NCBI GenBank assembly: GCA_020137815.1
Contig: CM035362.1
Coordinates: 3,720,001 to 3,784,000 of the forward strand
DNA: 64,000 bases
Origin: Hormiphora californensis
Taxonomy: Eukaryota; Animalia; Ctenophora
Reading direction: 5' to 3'
This document shows positions 1-41,100 of this stretch, one piece after another. Each line of letters starts with the position of its first letter. Positions within the stretch are counted from its first letter, which is position 1. Position numbers and translations under genes: made by a program. Under the pieces are notes generated by a model, which worked only from the letters and a program-made list of their open reading frames with translations, was not told the origin of the DNA and searched no databases.

Positions 1-1081
1 ATTTACCCCCGTGCATGGTGTTGAGTTGTTCTCATTTTCCTGCAATACATGACACGCCCTTGGCAAATTCATATCTGGGAGATTTAGTTACATTTTCCTT
101 CTGAAATTGTTCTGTCTTCACGTTCCAGTGACAGATCATTACCACTCGAAATAATGACATTTTTATTAGGGACAATTTTCTCTTTCCCTCTCTCTATCTC
201 TTTATCTCTCTCTGTCTCTCTCACTCTCTATCTATCTCTCTCTCTCTCTCTCCTCGTCTTGACAGCCCTCTTCCAGCCCAATACTCATTTGAGTTTTGAC
301 GTCTACTCGCCGAGACACAGGAAAGTGATCTCTCAACACTTCAAGAGAGATAGGTTAGAGGAAAAAAGATAGAGTATATACAGAGAGAGAGAGAGATAGG
401 TAGAGGTAGAGTAGAGAGATATATAGAGTAAAGAAAGAGAGAGAGAGAGATAGAGTAGAGAGAAGGCAAGAATAATGATTTCTTTTTTCACTGTCATGTT
501 TCCTGTTGTTTCAGCTGTTCCTTAGTTGTTAATAACATGGGATACTGATCAAAGTTACTTTTTTACTTCCTTTTCTCTCTTTCCCTCCCTCTCTCTCTCT
601 CTATCTATCTCTCTCTCTCTCTCTCTATCATTCTCTATCTCATTCTCTCTTTTTTCATCTCGTTACTCTTTGTAAGCTATTCTCATTAATTATCCCTGAA
701 AATAAATCTCCAAACTTTGTACACCAATTATTTTGATTGAGCCTTTTCTCAGAATTATTGTTGCTTCTTCCCTGTTTTAGTGGCGAATCGTGCTCTCGCG
801 AAATCTTAGTGTGGTATATTCAAATATATATATTACTCTCTCTCTTAATTCCTCTTCCCCCTTTCTCTCTATCTATCTCACCCCTTTCTATCTTTCTCTC
901 TCTCCCTTTCTATGCTGATCTCTCTCTTTTTCTCTCTCTCTCTCTCTGTTTCTCTCTCTTTCTATGTTTCTCTCTCTCTATGTTTCTCTCTCTCCCATTG
1001 CAGTTAATTGCAGTCGCTTCCTGGCTCACTAGCCATGTACTAAGCTCAGTTAGTTCTACCCAGGCCTTGAGCTCTCTCAAG

Positions 1082-1164
<83 letters not shown>

Positions 1165-2921
1165 TCCCTCTCCCTCTCCCTATCTCTCTCTCTCCCTATC
1201 TCACTATCCATCTTGCTCAGCAACAATTCTCTTGTGTTAGCTTTTCTTTTGCGCCTCTCATTCCTCACGATTATGCTGAATTCATACTTGGTTACGAAGT
1301 CACCCCTTTTATTGCCATAACAGAGGGGTAATTTCATTACCAAAGTTCATACAGAGTTTCAAACTCTGATATTGGAAGGGTACAATCGGTCTGACTTTGT
1401 AAAACCGATCGTTTCTTCTAACACAGTTTAGGTGGTCGGGGCGGAACTTTTTCTTTTCTCGTCTGCCCTCCTGGGCCACAATCCCACCATCTCTATAAGT
1501 ACCAACTACATTGTGTTTTGCGATAGTTCCATTTGGTTTTATTCCATGCACCCGGTTAAAGGAGAAGAAGAAGAAAAAGAAGAGGAGAAGGAAAATGAAT
1601 TTTTCTGCATTCATTTCAATTTTGTTGCATGGGAGTGAGAGGGAGAGGGAGGAAGAGAGGAATAGAGGGAGAGATCAGTGCACTTTACTTCGACAATTTT
1701 CGTAGACAGTCTCTTTAAAATACCTCTCTACTTTTCCTCTTTGTTTCTCCTTCTCCTCGTTTGTTCCTCTCGTTTTTAATTTTCTGCCTAGTTCTTTTCT
1801 AAATTTCCTAAGCTAACGAACATTCAATCTTTTAATCAACTTTATTTCAGTTACTTTTGTAATACACTGAGTTTGGTTTCTTTGTGCCATCTTGATGCTT
1901 TTCTAGTTTGCATTTTCCATTAACTGTTAATCTTTCTAGAATGAAAATAAATTAGCTCAGTATGAATATACTCAGCTGAAAAAATGTATTTTTATCCCCT
2001 AGCACTAAGATATTAAGTAGAAGTAAGATTTTTTTGATAAAATTAATTATATATTAGCTCGCTCTGGTCGGGCCAATATAACTTTCTTTTTTATATAATA
2101 TCTCTCTGTGTCTTGGCGGTAGTGCAGACTCGAACTATCTACTTTCCTTGTGTTGTTCTCTTTTCAGTTTCAATGTAACATCTCACTTCTACTTGCAGCT
2201 CTCTTTTGTTCACCTGCTCTGTAGTATAGTCTCGGGGAGTGTTTTTAGATTTACTAACTTTTTACAAACTCTTTTTAACTTTTTGTTCATGCATATACTC
2301 AACAAGTTACATTCCTCCAACCCCTCCAGACCCCCTCTCCCAAGCTTAGTTATTGTCGGCCAATATAGTTCTCACACTAGTTCTATCAATTATAGTTCTC
2401 ACAGTCTTTATCGGCTACAAAGCACCTATTTTGGGTCCCCTGAGAAGTGTTACGCAGTAGAGACTTTAAAAACATTCACGAGCAAAGGGTAGTTCAAATT
2501 TCGTATGGTGCTTAGACTTTGGTGTTGCATTTCTCTGTTTTTGACGTCTTATACTGATCATTTTTTGTACTTACTTCTGGTACTTTAATTACTACTTTAA
2601 CTTTTAAACTCTTACTACTTCCTTTTACTTCTCCTCCTTTTTGCTCGTTTTACTTTACTATCTTCTTACCCTTCTCCCTTCCTTCTCCCCCTCCTCTCCG
2701 CTGGACGTCTTCGAATGATATCAACACCACAATGATTCAGACTTCCCATTTAGTAGAAAGTCCTAAATATTTCGAAATTAATCCAAAGTTCTCGAAGTGC
2801 CGCTTTTGTTTCCATTTTTCCGTTACGTCATTTCATATTTGCTTCCTGGTCCCTTCAGGTCGTCCGACGTGTGTTTTGTACTATCGGCTATACTCACCTT
2901 TCTTTCTTTTTTCACTCTCCC

Positions 2922-2954
<33 letters not shown>

Positions 2955-3505
2955 ATTTCAACCTTGCTTTACCTGTACCCGACCTCCTTTTGTTTTACAC
3001 CACGAGCATTGTCCTTTATGATCCAGTGTTTGGCTTACCACTCTTGTTTCGTACCTTTTCTGTTCTCTCTCTCTATCTCCCCTAATCTTTTTCTCTCTTT
3101 TCCCTACCTTTTTTTTTTTTCTGTTCCACCTCACATCATGCTTTCTCGCCTCTCTCCCTATCCGTTTTCCCCCCCCCTTTTCACTCGTTTAATTTCTCTA
3201 TCTTTTCTGACTGGTTGTTTCTCTCTCTCTCCATATCTTCCCCTCCCATAATCTGTAATCTCCAGTTAGTTTTCTTTCGTAAATCGAGGTTTGATTGTAA
3301 TTGATACTACTTTCATCTTTTAACAGGCCCTTTTTGTTTAATGACTCCATACTATGCTGCATTTTTAACTTCACTTGAATATCATCTCCTAAGATAACCC
3401 CCCCGAACCTTCTCCTTTGAATCACTTCCCTCCATTTCCCGGCTCCTCAGAAACCATAAGCAGGAACATGTCTACGATTTCCATTCGAGCAGGAGGGGAG
3501 GTCAT

Positions 3506-3636
3506 TTTGGAGATTTCATTCGAGCGGTCTGTTTTGAGATTCATTCGAGCAGTCTGTTTTGAGATTCATTCGAGCGGTCTGTGTTGAGATTCATTCGAGC
3601 AGTCTGTTTTGAGATTCATTCGAGCAGTCTGTTTTG
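3506..3636. repeat. 25-bp tandem repeat x5
   Basis: TTTTGAGATTCATTCGAGCRGTCTG. Confidence 0.88.
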
Positions 3637-3768
3637 ATCGTACCCTGTACCATCATAACACCATCTATCTTTTCCGTTATTGTCTCAATTTCTATCGTCT
3701 ATTTGCGATTTTAGTCTACTAAGATGTTGCCTTTCATCACCTTAAATATCTGTCTCTGTCTCTCTACT

Positions 3769-3838
<70 letters not shown>

Positions 3839-4171
3839 CGCTTTTTCTCTTACTTTCAAACGGACTTGCCTACCATACCACTACCACTAATACCAAGTTA
3901 CTATAATAGCGGACGGGAGTTTATTCAACCGCTATGATTTATTATATTCATCCATGTCCTCAAAACGACACCTTTTTTGGTTACAAAACATCGCACAGAG
4001 GCAGTTAAGTTGTCAAATTATAACCCAGTACTCGGACCACTCATTTCGTGACCTTGGCTTGCTCAGGCCTCTCTCGCCACGCACCTTCGAGAGAGTTAGA
4101 AAATTTCGTGACCCAGTACTACCGATCTAGAACTGTTTTAAATTGGCAGAGAGATAATGGATTGAAAGACA

Positions 4172-5040
<869 letters not shown>

Positions 5041-7729
5041 CTGACCAGAGCATCTTTTTCTTTGCTGAGTACTCGTCCATTGTTCTTCTCCACCACGTTA
5101 CTTTTTGTATGCGTGCCCTGCTTGTGTGTATGCCCTTAAATTACTCTACCTTTCCGCTTCACTCTCTCTCTCTCTTTCTCCCTCCCTTTCTTTCCCTCTA
5201 TCTTTATTTCTCTCTCCCTCTCTCTCTCTCTCTTTTTTTCATGATGTCACGAAATGCTGCATATATAATATAACTCCTCCTCCTTCGGTTACAGACGGCC
5301 ACAGCTCTTATTGTTGTTTTAATTAGACCAATGGCCACGTTATTTCTCAACTATGCTGAGCAGTGAGCATGAGTGAGATCGTTACTTTAACTAGGAGAGA
5401 GTGAAAGAGAGATTGTTACTTTAATGAAAGTGAGAGTTAATCTCGATGGAGTTGCTATGCTAAACGAATATTAAAATGTGTACAGGAAGCCTTGTCGTTG
5501 CATTAAATCGTCAAATCATAACTCGTTGAACAGTTGCTTGCTGTTTTTTGAGAGAGAGGTCGAGTAATTATGTCTTCCCATCCCTTTTATGGGTTCTATC
5601 CTCGCTAACTTCCCAAAAAAGGAAGTTTTCGTTTATTTTTTAACTTGGCTCTGTTTTGTTTGGTTGCTTCGATGTGTTGCTTTCTGTAGACTTTCTTTTC
5701 ATATTTGGTTCAAATGGTTCATCATACATAGTGGTAAAATAGCCTGTAAGACCATCCGGGATATCAGGGCCTGATTATCTGATATATCCGGGTTATACCC
5801 TCTTTTCCGAGGGTTGAGCAATTTGTCGTTTACTGAGGAAAATTGGCTACTGTTATACTACATATAGAGGTATTATAGAGGGTGTTTGGATGTCGGCTAA
5901 CTCGCTAGAGAGCGTTTCAGTGTCAATCAGAATTCAGTTTCATGGTGATTGATGGCCTAAAGTGTAAAATGGGAGGGGCTGGGGTAGATAGTTAGAAACT
6001 CAGGATAATTGGACAGAAATGGGGTGCAGACAGGGAGATATTTATTCATTCGAAAAGCAGGGACATATTAGGGCGTTTCAGAAATAACTTCGCTTCGCGA
6101 TATTTTGGGATCTATGATAGATAGAGACTTCTACCCAGTTTTTTCTTGTTCAAAAACGATTCTTTTTCCTGTAACGTGTTATAAATAGTTTACGGCGATT
6201 TTTTAGTAAAAAAATTTGGGTGTATGATCCAGAGTCATTTGCCGCTAACGGGTTCCCAGTTTTTTTAAACCGCCGCTGGAAGGGGAAAACTGTAAAATTT
6301 TTGGTTTTCTGTAGCGCTAAATCGATAGCCCATCGTTGGGATGAGATATATATGGTTTTGGGGTCTCGACGCTTTTCCCAAAAAACCTCTTGGCAGTAAA
6401 TGTAACATAAAAAGTCAAAAAAAAATAAAAATTCACTTAATTTTTGGTTTGTTTTGGGGTATTTCGAAAACGTCCATTTATTAACTTTTATATGTCAACA
6501 ACAAAAAAATTGGCTTGACTATGTCATAGAATTTCCTTAGAGCTATTTTGCTGAAAAGTTTTTGATACCACTCGTATAAAAGGTAAAGGGCCCCGGAAGT
6601 AAAATTTCCAAATTCTTCCCAAATTTTTCTGGGGGCCCCGTTTGCCCCAGCCGCAAATAAGCTAGGATTTTTTTTACATTTTAAACGATAGAAATTGTCA
6701 AAGAACAAGCTTGAGAAATAAACATCCCAAAGGATTAAATTTTTAAGAAGTAATATTTCAGCCTATCCTTTTTTTTTTTCCCGTTCAGCGGCATTTTTGA
6801 TTTTAAGGGGTTTTTTCCGGGTTTCGCTGAGAGCCACCCCTGATAAAAAATTTCAAAAAAAAACTGGGTTGTAGTAGTCAAGACTTCAAAAAACCGCTAC
6901 AAAGTTATATGTGGTATTTCAATTTTTTGAAAAACGGGAAAAAGTTTTTAAAAGGCCCCCAATATTAATTTTTGTTTTTCTTATCTTATCTCTTTTTTTT
7001 CAAACCCTTTTTCTTTCCCCCTTTTTCCCCTCCTTTTCCCCCCCTCTCTTCTCCTCTCTCTCTCTCTTCCCCTCCTTCCCTCTCCCCTCTTTCTCTCTCC
7101 TCTCCTCCCTTTTTCTTTTCCCTTCTCTCTTTTCCCCCCTTTTTTTTCTCTTCTTCTTCCTCCCTTTTCTTTCTCTCCCCTCTTTCTTCTTCCCCTCTCT
7201 TCTTTTCCTCTCCTCCTCTCTCCTTTTCCTTTTTTTTTCTCTCACTTCCCTCTTCCCCTTTTCCCTTCCCAAAATTTCCCTTTTTTTGGATTGCCATGGT
7301 TTCCCTTCCCTTAAATTCCCCCAGTTTTTTAAATTATAGCCAAAGGGTTTATTTTATTCCTTTTAAAGGTTTTTCCCCCTTTTAATAACGCATTTGGTTG
7401 ATTTTTTTAAAAACTTTTTGGTTTTTTTGGAAATTTAAAATTTTTTCTCCCTTCTAATATAACGCAGATAGTTCTGCTTACATTTCTTCTAGAAGTTCTT
7501 TGTGCCTCTTTGCTCTAGTTTGTAGGGTTACAGAAGAGTGTATGCTTTTACATCTTCGTAATTATAATTAGTTGTTCTCGTGATTCGATTGTGCAATTGA
7601 CATAACAATATATTGTAGTGAATAATAGTAAAAACTCCTTTACTTGCCTTGTTTGATACATGACAAGTAACTTGCCTTGTTTGTCATTATAACATATATC
7701 TTCTAAAAATAGGAAATGCGGCTATAAAG

Positions 7730-29474
<21,745 letters not shown>

Positions 29475-30394
29475 TATTTGTAGTTAACATATATGGTTAG
29501 CACATATAATGTAGTTAACATATGGTTAACACATGTAGTTTACACATGAAGTTAACACAGAGACGGTGTGTTAAGTATCAGAAGCTGCTGTGTTAGCCGC
29601 TAGAGTAGTGTTTTATAAATAAATCACTTTTTGCATTTGAATTTATTTTTCAGAAGAACAGCTGTTCGCCAGAGCAATGCAAGGTGGTTTTCCTTTGTTT
29701 GTTAGTTGAATTGGAAACTTAGATTTTCTGCTTCAAACTACCAAGCCACTTTTTACTGCCTCACTTTATACTCGCTCGAGTTGTTTTTTATTTAGTTTAA
29801 AAACTTAAAATTTATCAATAGGAAAACATAATTTGTTTAGAAGCTTTTTTATACTAGTTTATTGATTTGAAATGGGAGACGTGCAAAGTTATCTGACAAG
29901 CGTTGGAGATGTAATGGAAGTATTTTTTTCTGAAAATTTGATCCTTATTTAATTATTTAGCTTATTAATTGGTTGTTAATTAACACTTGACACATAGCAT
30001 GGTCTATTTTAATTTAATATTTGATCACAGTACACCAATGTTTTTCTTACTTTAATTTTATTAACATAAACTTATATAATTGTTTTCAATATATCTCCCC
30101 TGAACTGAAAGAAGTTGGTACGACATAAAATGGGTCCAGAATTATTGTCTAATTTTCACCCTGTCTGGCGCGATCTGACCGCACTGACAAAACGGGGTCT
30201 GGTGGCGCCAGACATTTTGAAGCCGACCCTTTTCGCATTCACATAAATTCTGAATGAATTGAAAAAAGTGGGGTAAAACAAGATGACATTGGCCACTGCC
30301 TTTCCTAGATCCTTGCCAACCTAGATTTCCAACTTGCTCGTACCAACTTCTTTCAACTACAAATTAGCCCCCAGGACCCTATTCTCTGTCCCCC

Positions 30395-30962
30395 TGTCTA
30401 CCCCCAACCCCACCCAAACCCATTCCCCAATCCCATCCAAACCCCTTCCCCAATCCCACCCAAAATCCAATCCCTCTGAGACTACATGGCAGCCCACAAC
30501 ACCCAATACTCGAGACCTCCAAAACCCCTTCCCCAGCCCCACCCAAACCCCTTCCCCAACCCCATCCAAACCCCTTCCCCAACCGCATCCAAACCCTCTG
30601 AGACTACATGTCAGCTCACAACACCCAATCCTCGAGACCTCCAAAACCCCTTCCCCAGCCCCACCCAAACCCCTTCTCCAATCGAATCCCATCCAACCCC
30701 TTCCCCAACCGCATCCAAACCCTCTGAGACTACATGGCAGCTCACAACACCCAAACCTCGAGACCTCCAAAACCCCTTCCCCAGCCCCACCCAAACCCCT
30801 TCCCCAACCCCATCCAAACCCCTTCTCCAATCGAATCCCATCCAACCCCTTCCCCAACCCCACCCAAACCCCTTCCCCAACCCCATCCAAACCCCTTCCC
30901 CAACCGCACCCAAACCCTCTGAGACTACATGGCAGCTCACAACACCCAAACCTCGAGACCTC
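30395..30962. repeat. Compound C-rich tandem repeat between the convergent 3' ends of LRP and actin
   Basis: Four units containing CCCTCTGAGACTACATGGCAGCTCACAACACCCAA, with CCAAACCCCTTCCCC spacers. Confidence 0.85.
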
Positions 30963-31270
30963 CCATTCCGACAACAAAGCCCAAGATAACAAAAAATAGC
31001 TCATTTTCTGAACAAATAAATTTCATCATTTCATCACTGATTATCTACATACAAACTGAAACATGCTCAACAATCCAGTCCCTCGCTCTCACTCTCCCTG
31101 TGTGATCCCTCTCTCACACACACTCACTCTATCTCCCTCAGTCCCTTCCCCTCAGTCCCTCTCCCTCTCCGTCAGTCCCTTTCTCACATCCCACTCCATT
31201 CAGGCTCTCACCCGTTGACCCTCTCCAGTCTCCACCGAATCGTCTGCTGCGACACTCCCGGGCACTGCGT

Positions 31271-36791
<5,521 letters not shown>

Positions 36792-37192
36792 CACAGTCAC
36801 TGTTGGAACTTGTTGAGTAAGGGGGAACAAGTTGGAACGGGTTGTTATGTTCTAACCCTCCTTTATATTTTTGTAAAAGAGGGCGGAGCGCACGTAAAGA
36901 GGGTCGAGCTAGGCAAGGAGCGGGCGGGGCTAATTAGAGAGACAATTAAAATTAGCAAAACGAGGCTATAATTAGAAAGACAATTAGCATTAGCAAATTA
37001 GTGCTAAACAGGCACTCCGTTATCAGTTTATCAGTTTATAATCATAGCAATACAGCTAAGAATTGAGTGAAATTTACCGATATCACACACTCAGAATACA
37101 GGTAAAAAGCTTGAGATAGTGAGCGGACAAAGTTTACAGGAAAACATGCGTTGTGTATGTTTTTAGTACGTTTTACGATAATTAGTTTACCT

Positions 37193-37493
<301 letters not shown>

Positions 37494-38155
37494 AGAGATT
37501 TTACCTTCAAATGGTTCACTTTTACGGTTCAGTCGGAAGAAGGTTTTCTTTCGGCCAGTTTCAGGATACTACCCCGAAACCTTGGGTCCCATGTTAGGTT
37601 TCGAATGGTAAGGGTTAAATGTAATTATCTGAAAACTTAGTTAAATGGTCGGAATTGATTCCGTCCTAAAGAAATTCTCCGTTAGTCCATAAAACTTCCA
37701 TTCCTAACTTATATAGCTGTCCTATAACGTGTTTAGACAGATCCCTAGGCATTAAACAAACAAACAGGAATAAAAAAGTACCATAAAGTACCCCCCCCCT
37801 TCCACCATTTGGAACAATGTACAAAACAACACAATTACCTATTTCTATTGAATCGTCTGTCCTGTCAGCTACCAAATAAAAGTTCCGAGCTACTTTTATT
37901 TGATATAATAATGTTGTCTGTAGTTCTACATTTTATAAAATAAAATGACGGTATGAATACATCTTGCCTAGCTAGACTTTGTTTCGAACATAACAAATGA
38001 CGTCTGTATGTCTAGTCTACTATAACAGCTGTGGCCCTTTCTCTTTGACACCCCCACAAGGGAAAAACAGTCGTGCCTGAAACTGACTGTCCCCCCCCCC
38101 CAACACCGAGTAGCATCCCCCTTCAGTCTTCACTATATTTCTATTATAAACTCAC

Positions 38156-41100
38156 TCAGTGGAATACACTTAGCATTCAGGTCACTCCACGTTCCATTGT
38201 CTTGACAGGTTATCACATCACCAATCAGAACATGTTTTTTCTCGCAGGTGATTGTAATGGTCGTCCCGGGATCCGTAGCCGAAGATTTCTCCTCTATCGA
38301 TCCATTATCAAGTGTGTTATGATAGGCAGGACACTCTGTGATGTGAGCTTGTTAGCTATCAATTTTTAATAGAATATTCGGTCTGAAAAAGGTATGGTAC
38401 ATTTCTACATGTCTCTATACTTACTGATTTTATCACACTGTGGTACATCACTTGACCATGTTCCATCTTCCTGACATGTCAGTGTTCCACTTCCATTAAG
38501 GCTATGAGTGGCAGCACAGTCGATGGTGGCAGTTGTCCCTGTTTGTGAGGCAGTCCAGCTTCCTTGTGTCGAGTCATCAACCGTAAATGCAGGACACTCG
38601 ACTGTATCTGAATGGAGATTATCAAGGTTTCCAACAATGACCCACGTGACCCAACCCACATGTAATGTACAGTACAAGCTAGAATGCTGGGTACACAGTA
38701 TAAATTGAATTTCAATATTACCTGGAGCACCGTAATAGAAGTCAGATGCTGTGTCATGACTGCTAAACTTGATCTCCTCCACAACATCACCACTAAACTG
38801 TGGAACACAGTCGCTACTTGAACTATCTCCGAACAGGTAGTTCAGTACCTCAACATTACTACATGTGATGATGAGGGCAGCATCTGTCTTGGTAATCGTC
38901 CAGATCTTATCCACCTCCACCGGGGGTTGTACTGGCAGGTCTGTCCAGCTGGTACATTTTTTTATCCGATACTGCATTGGGGAGGAGAACTTCACCTGCA
39001 CATAACTGATAATGCTGCTGTCCCTGTCGTACATCACCACATAGATCTCCTCACCACTACCCAGTGCAGAGTCAGTCTTTATCTGGAGAGGTGTTGTTTC
39101 CAGGTCCCAGAGTATATTCACACCCTTCTCTACAGCTGTCCAGTCTGAGAGAATTTAAGTCTTACCCTAGAGATTTGGCAATTCATTTACAAATTCAAAA
39201 TCGATCTTTATTCGGGTCCAAAAAAGAAAAATACTGGTAGATTCGAGATCGAAGTGTCGATATACCATGAGAATGATTGAGTGAGAATCGGTGGAAATGA
39301 AGTACCAACCTTACCCTGATATGTGTGTGTGGCCTTAGTGCCCCACCTCTTTATTTTGTCTGTAAATTCAAAACACCCTTACCTACAGTACACTGCGGTA
39401 TATCATTTGACCATGATCCATCCTCCTGGCAAGTCAGTGTAGAACTGCCCACAAGGTTGTAATTGGCAGCACAGTCGACAGTGGCAGTTGTCCCTGTTGG
39501 TGAGGCATCCCAGCTTCCTTGTGTCGAGTCGTTAACAGCAAATGCAGGACATTCTGGTTCTGAATGGAGATGGAAATAAGGTTTCTAACAATGACCCACG
39601 TGACCCAACCCACATGTAATGTACAGTACAAGCTAGAATGCTGGGTACCCGCAGTATAAATTGAATCGATCATAATTCTTACCTGGAGCACCTTTATAGA
39701 AGTCAGATGATGTGTCAGAACTGCTGAACTTGATCTCCTCCACAACATCACCGCCCCACTTTGAATCACATTTGCTATATGAACTATCTTCCAACAGGTA
39801 GTTCAACACCTCCACATTATTACATGTGATGATGAAGGCGGTCTCTGTTTTGGTGATCGTCCATATCTTATCCTCCTCCACCGGGGGTTGTACTGGCAGG
39901 GCTGTGTACCCGGTACAGTAGCCTATCTGATACTGCATTGTGGAGGAGAACTTCACCTGCACATAACTGATAAAGCTGCTGTCCTTGTTGTACAAGTTGA
40001 CCCAGATATTCTCATCACTACCCAGTGCAGAGTCCGTCTTAATCTGTAGAGGTGTTCCCTCCAGGTCCCAGGATATCTTGACATCTCGCTCAACAGCTGT
40101 CCAATCTGAGAGAATTTGAGTTTTACTTTGGTACCATCGCTTCGTGTGAGATCGATCTCGTCAGCGCGACGTCATCTCACACAGGTGTCCATGACATGAA
40201 TGTCCCCAAAACCTTACAAGAGATCTAGCAATTGATTTACAAATCAAAATCGATCTTTAATCGGGTCCAAACAAGACTAGTACTGATTGAGATCGATTGA
40301 GTGAGAATTGGTACCAACCTTACATTGGTATGTGTGTGTGGTCTTAGTGGCCCACCTCTTTATTTTGTTTGATTGTAAGTTTAAAATACACTTACCAACA
40401 TGAATACACTGTGGTATTTCTCCTGACCATAATCCATCCTCCTGACAAGTCAATGTAGAACTCCCCACAAGGTTGTAATTGGCAGCACAGTCGACAGTGG
40501 CAATTGTCCCTGTTTGTGAGGCAGTCCAGCTTCCTTGTGTCGAGTCAGCAACCGTAAATGCAGGACAATCGACTGTTTCTGAATGGAGATTAGCGATGGA
40601 ATCATGAAGGTTTCTAATAATGACCCACGTGACCCAACCCACATATAATGTGCAGTACATGCTGGAATGCTGGGTAGACGGTACAAATTGAATTGATCAT
40701 TCTTACCTGGAGCGCCGTTATAGAAGTCAGATGCTGTGTCAACACTGCTGAACTTGATCTCCTCCACAGCATCACCACCCCACTTTGGACAGTCGCTCTC
40801 TGAACTATCTTCCAACAGGTAGTTCAACACCTCAACATCATTGCATGTGATGATGAGAGCAGTCTCTGTCTTGGCAATCGTCCATATCTTATCCTCCTCC
40901 ACCGGGGGTTGTACTGGCAGGGCTGTGTACCCGGTACAGTAGCCTATCCTATACCGCATTGGTGAGACGAACCACACAACCACACTACCGATAGAGTTGC
41001 TGTCCTTGTCGTACATCTTCACTGCAATCTCATCACCACTACCCAGTGTAGAGTCCGTCTTTATCTGAAGAGATGTTGTCTCCAGGTCCCAGGATATCTT

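Noticed and set aside
6200-7450. Homopolymer-rich stretch with F/P/S- or K/G/E-rich ORFs (also 55900-56950 and 61260-63000)
   Set aside because: The pattern of inflated homopolymers is typical of low-accuracy long-read consensus; not interpretable as genes.
30334-31004. Pro-rich 221-aa and Gly-rich 215-aa ORFs
   Set aside because: They arise from a C-rich tandem repeat open in several frames, with no splice or start context.
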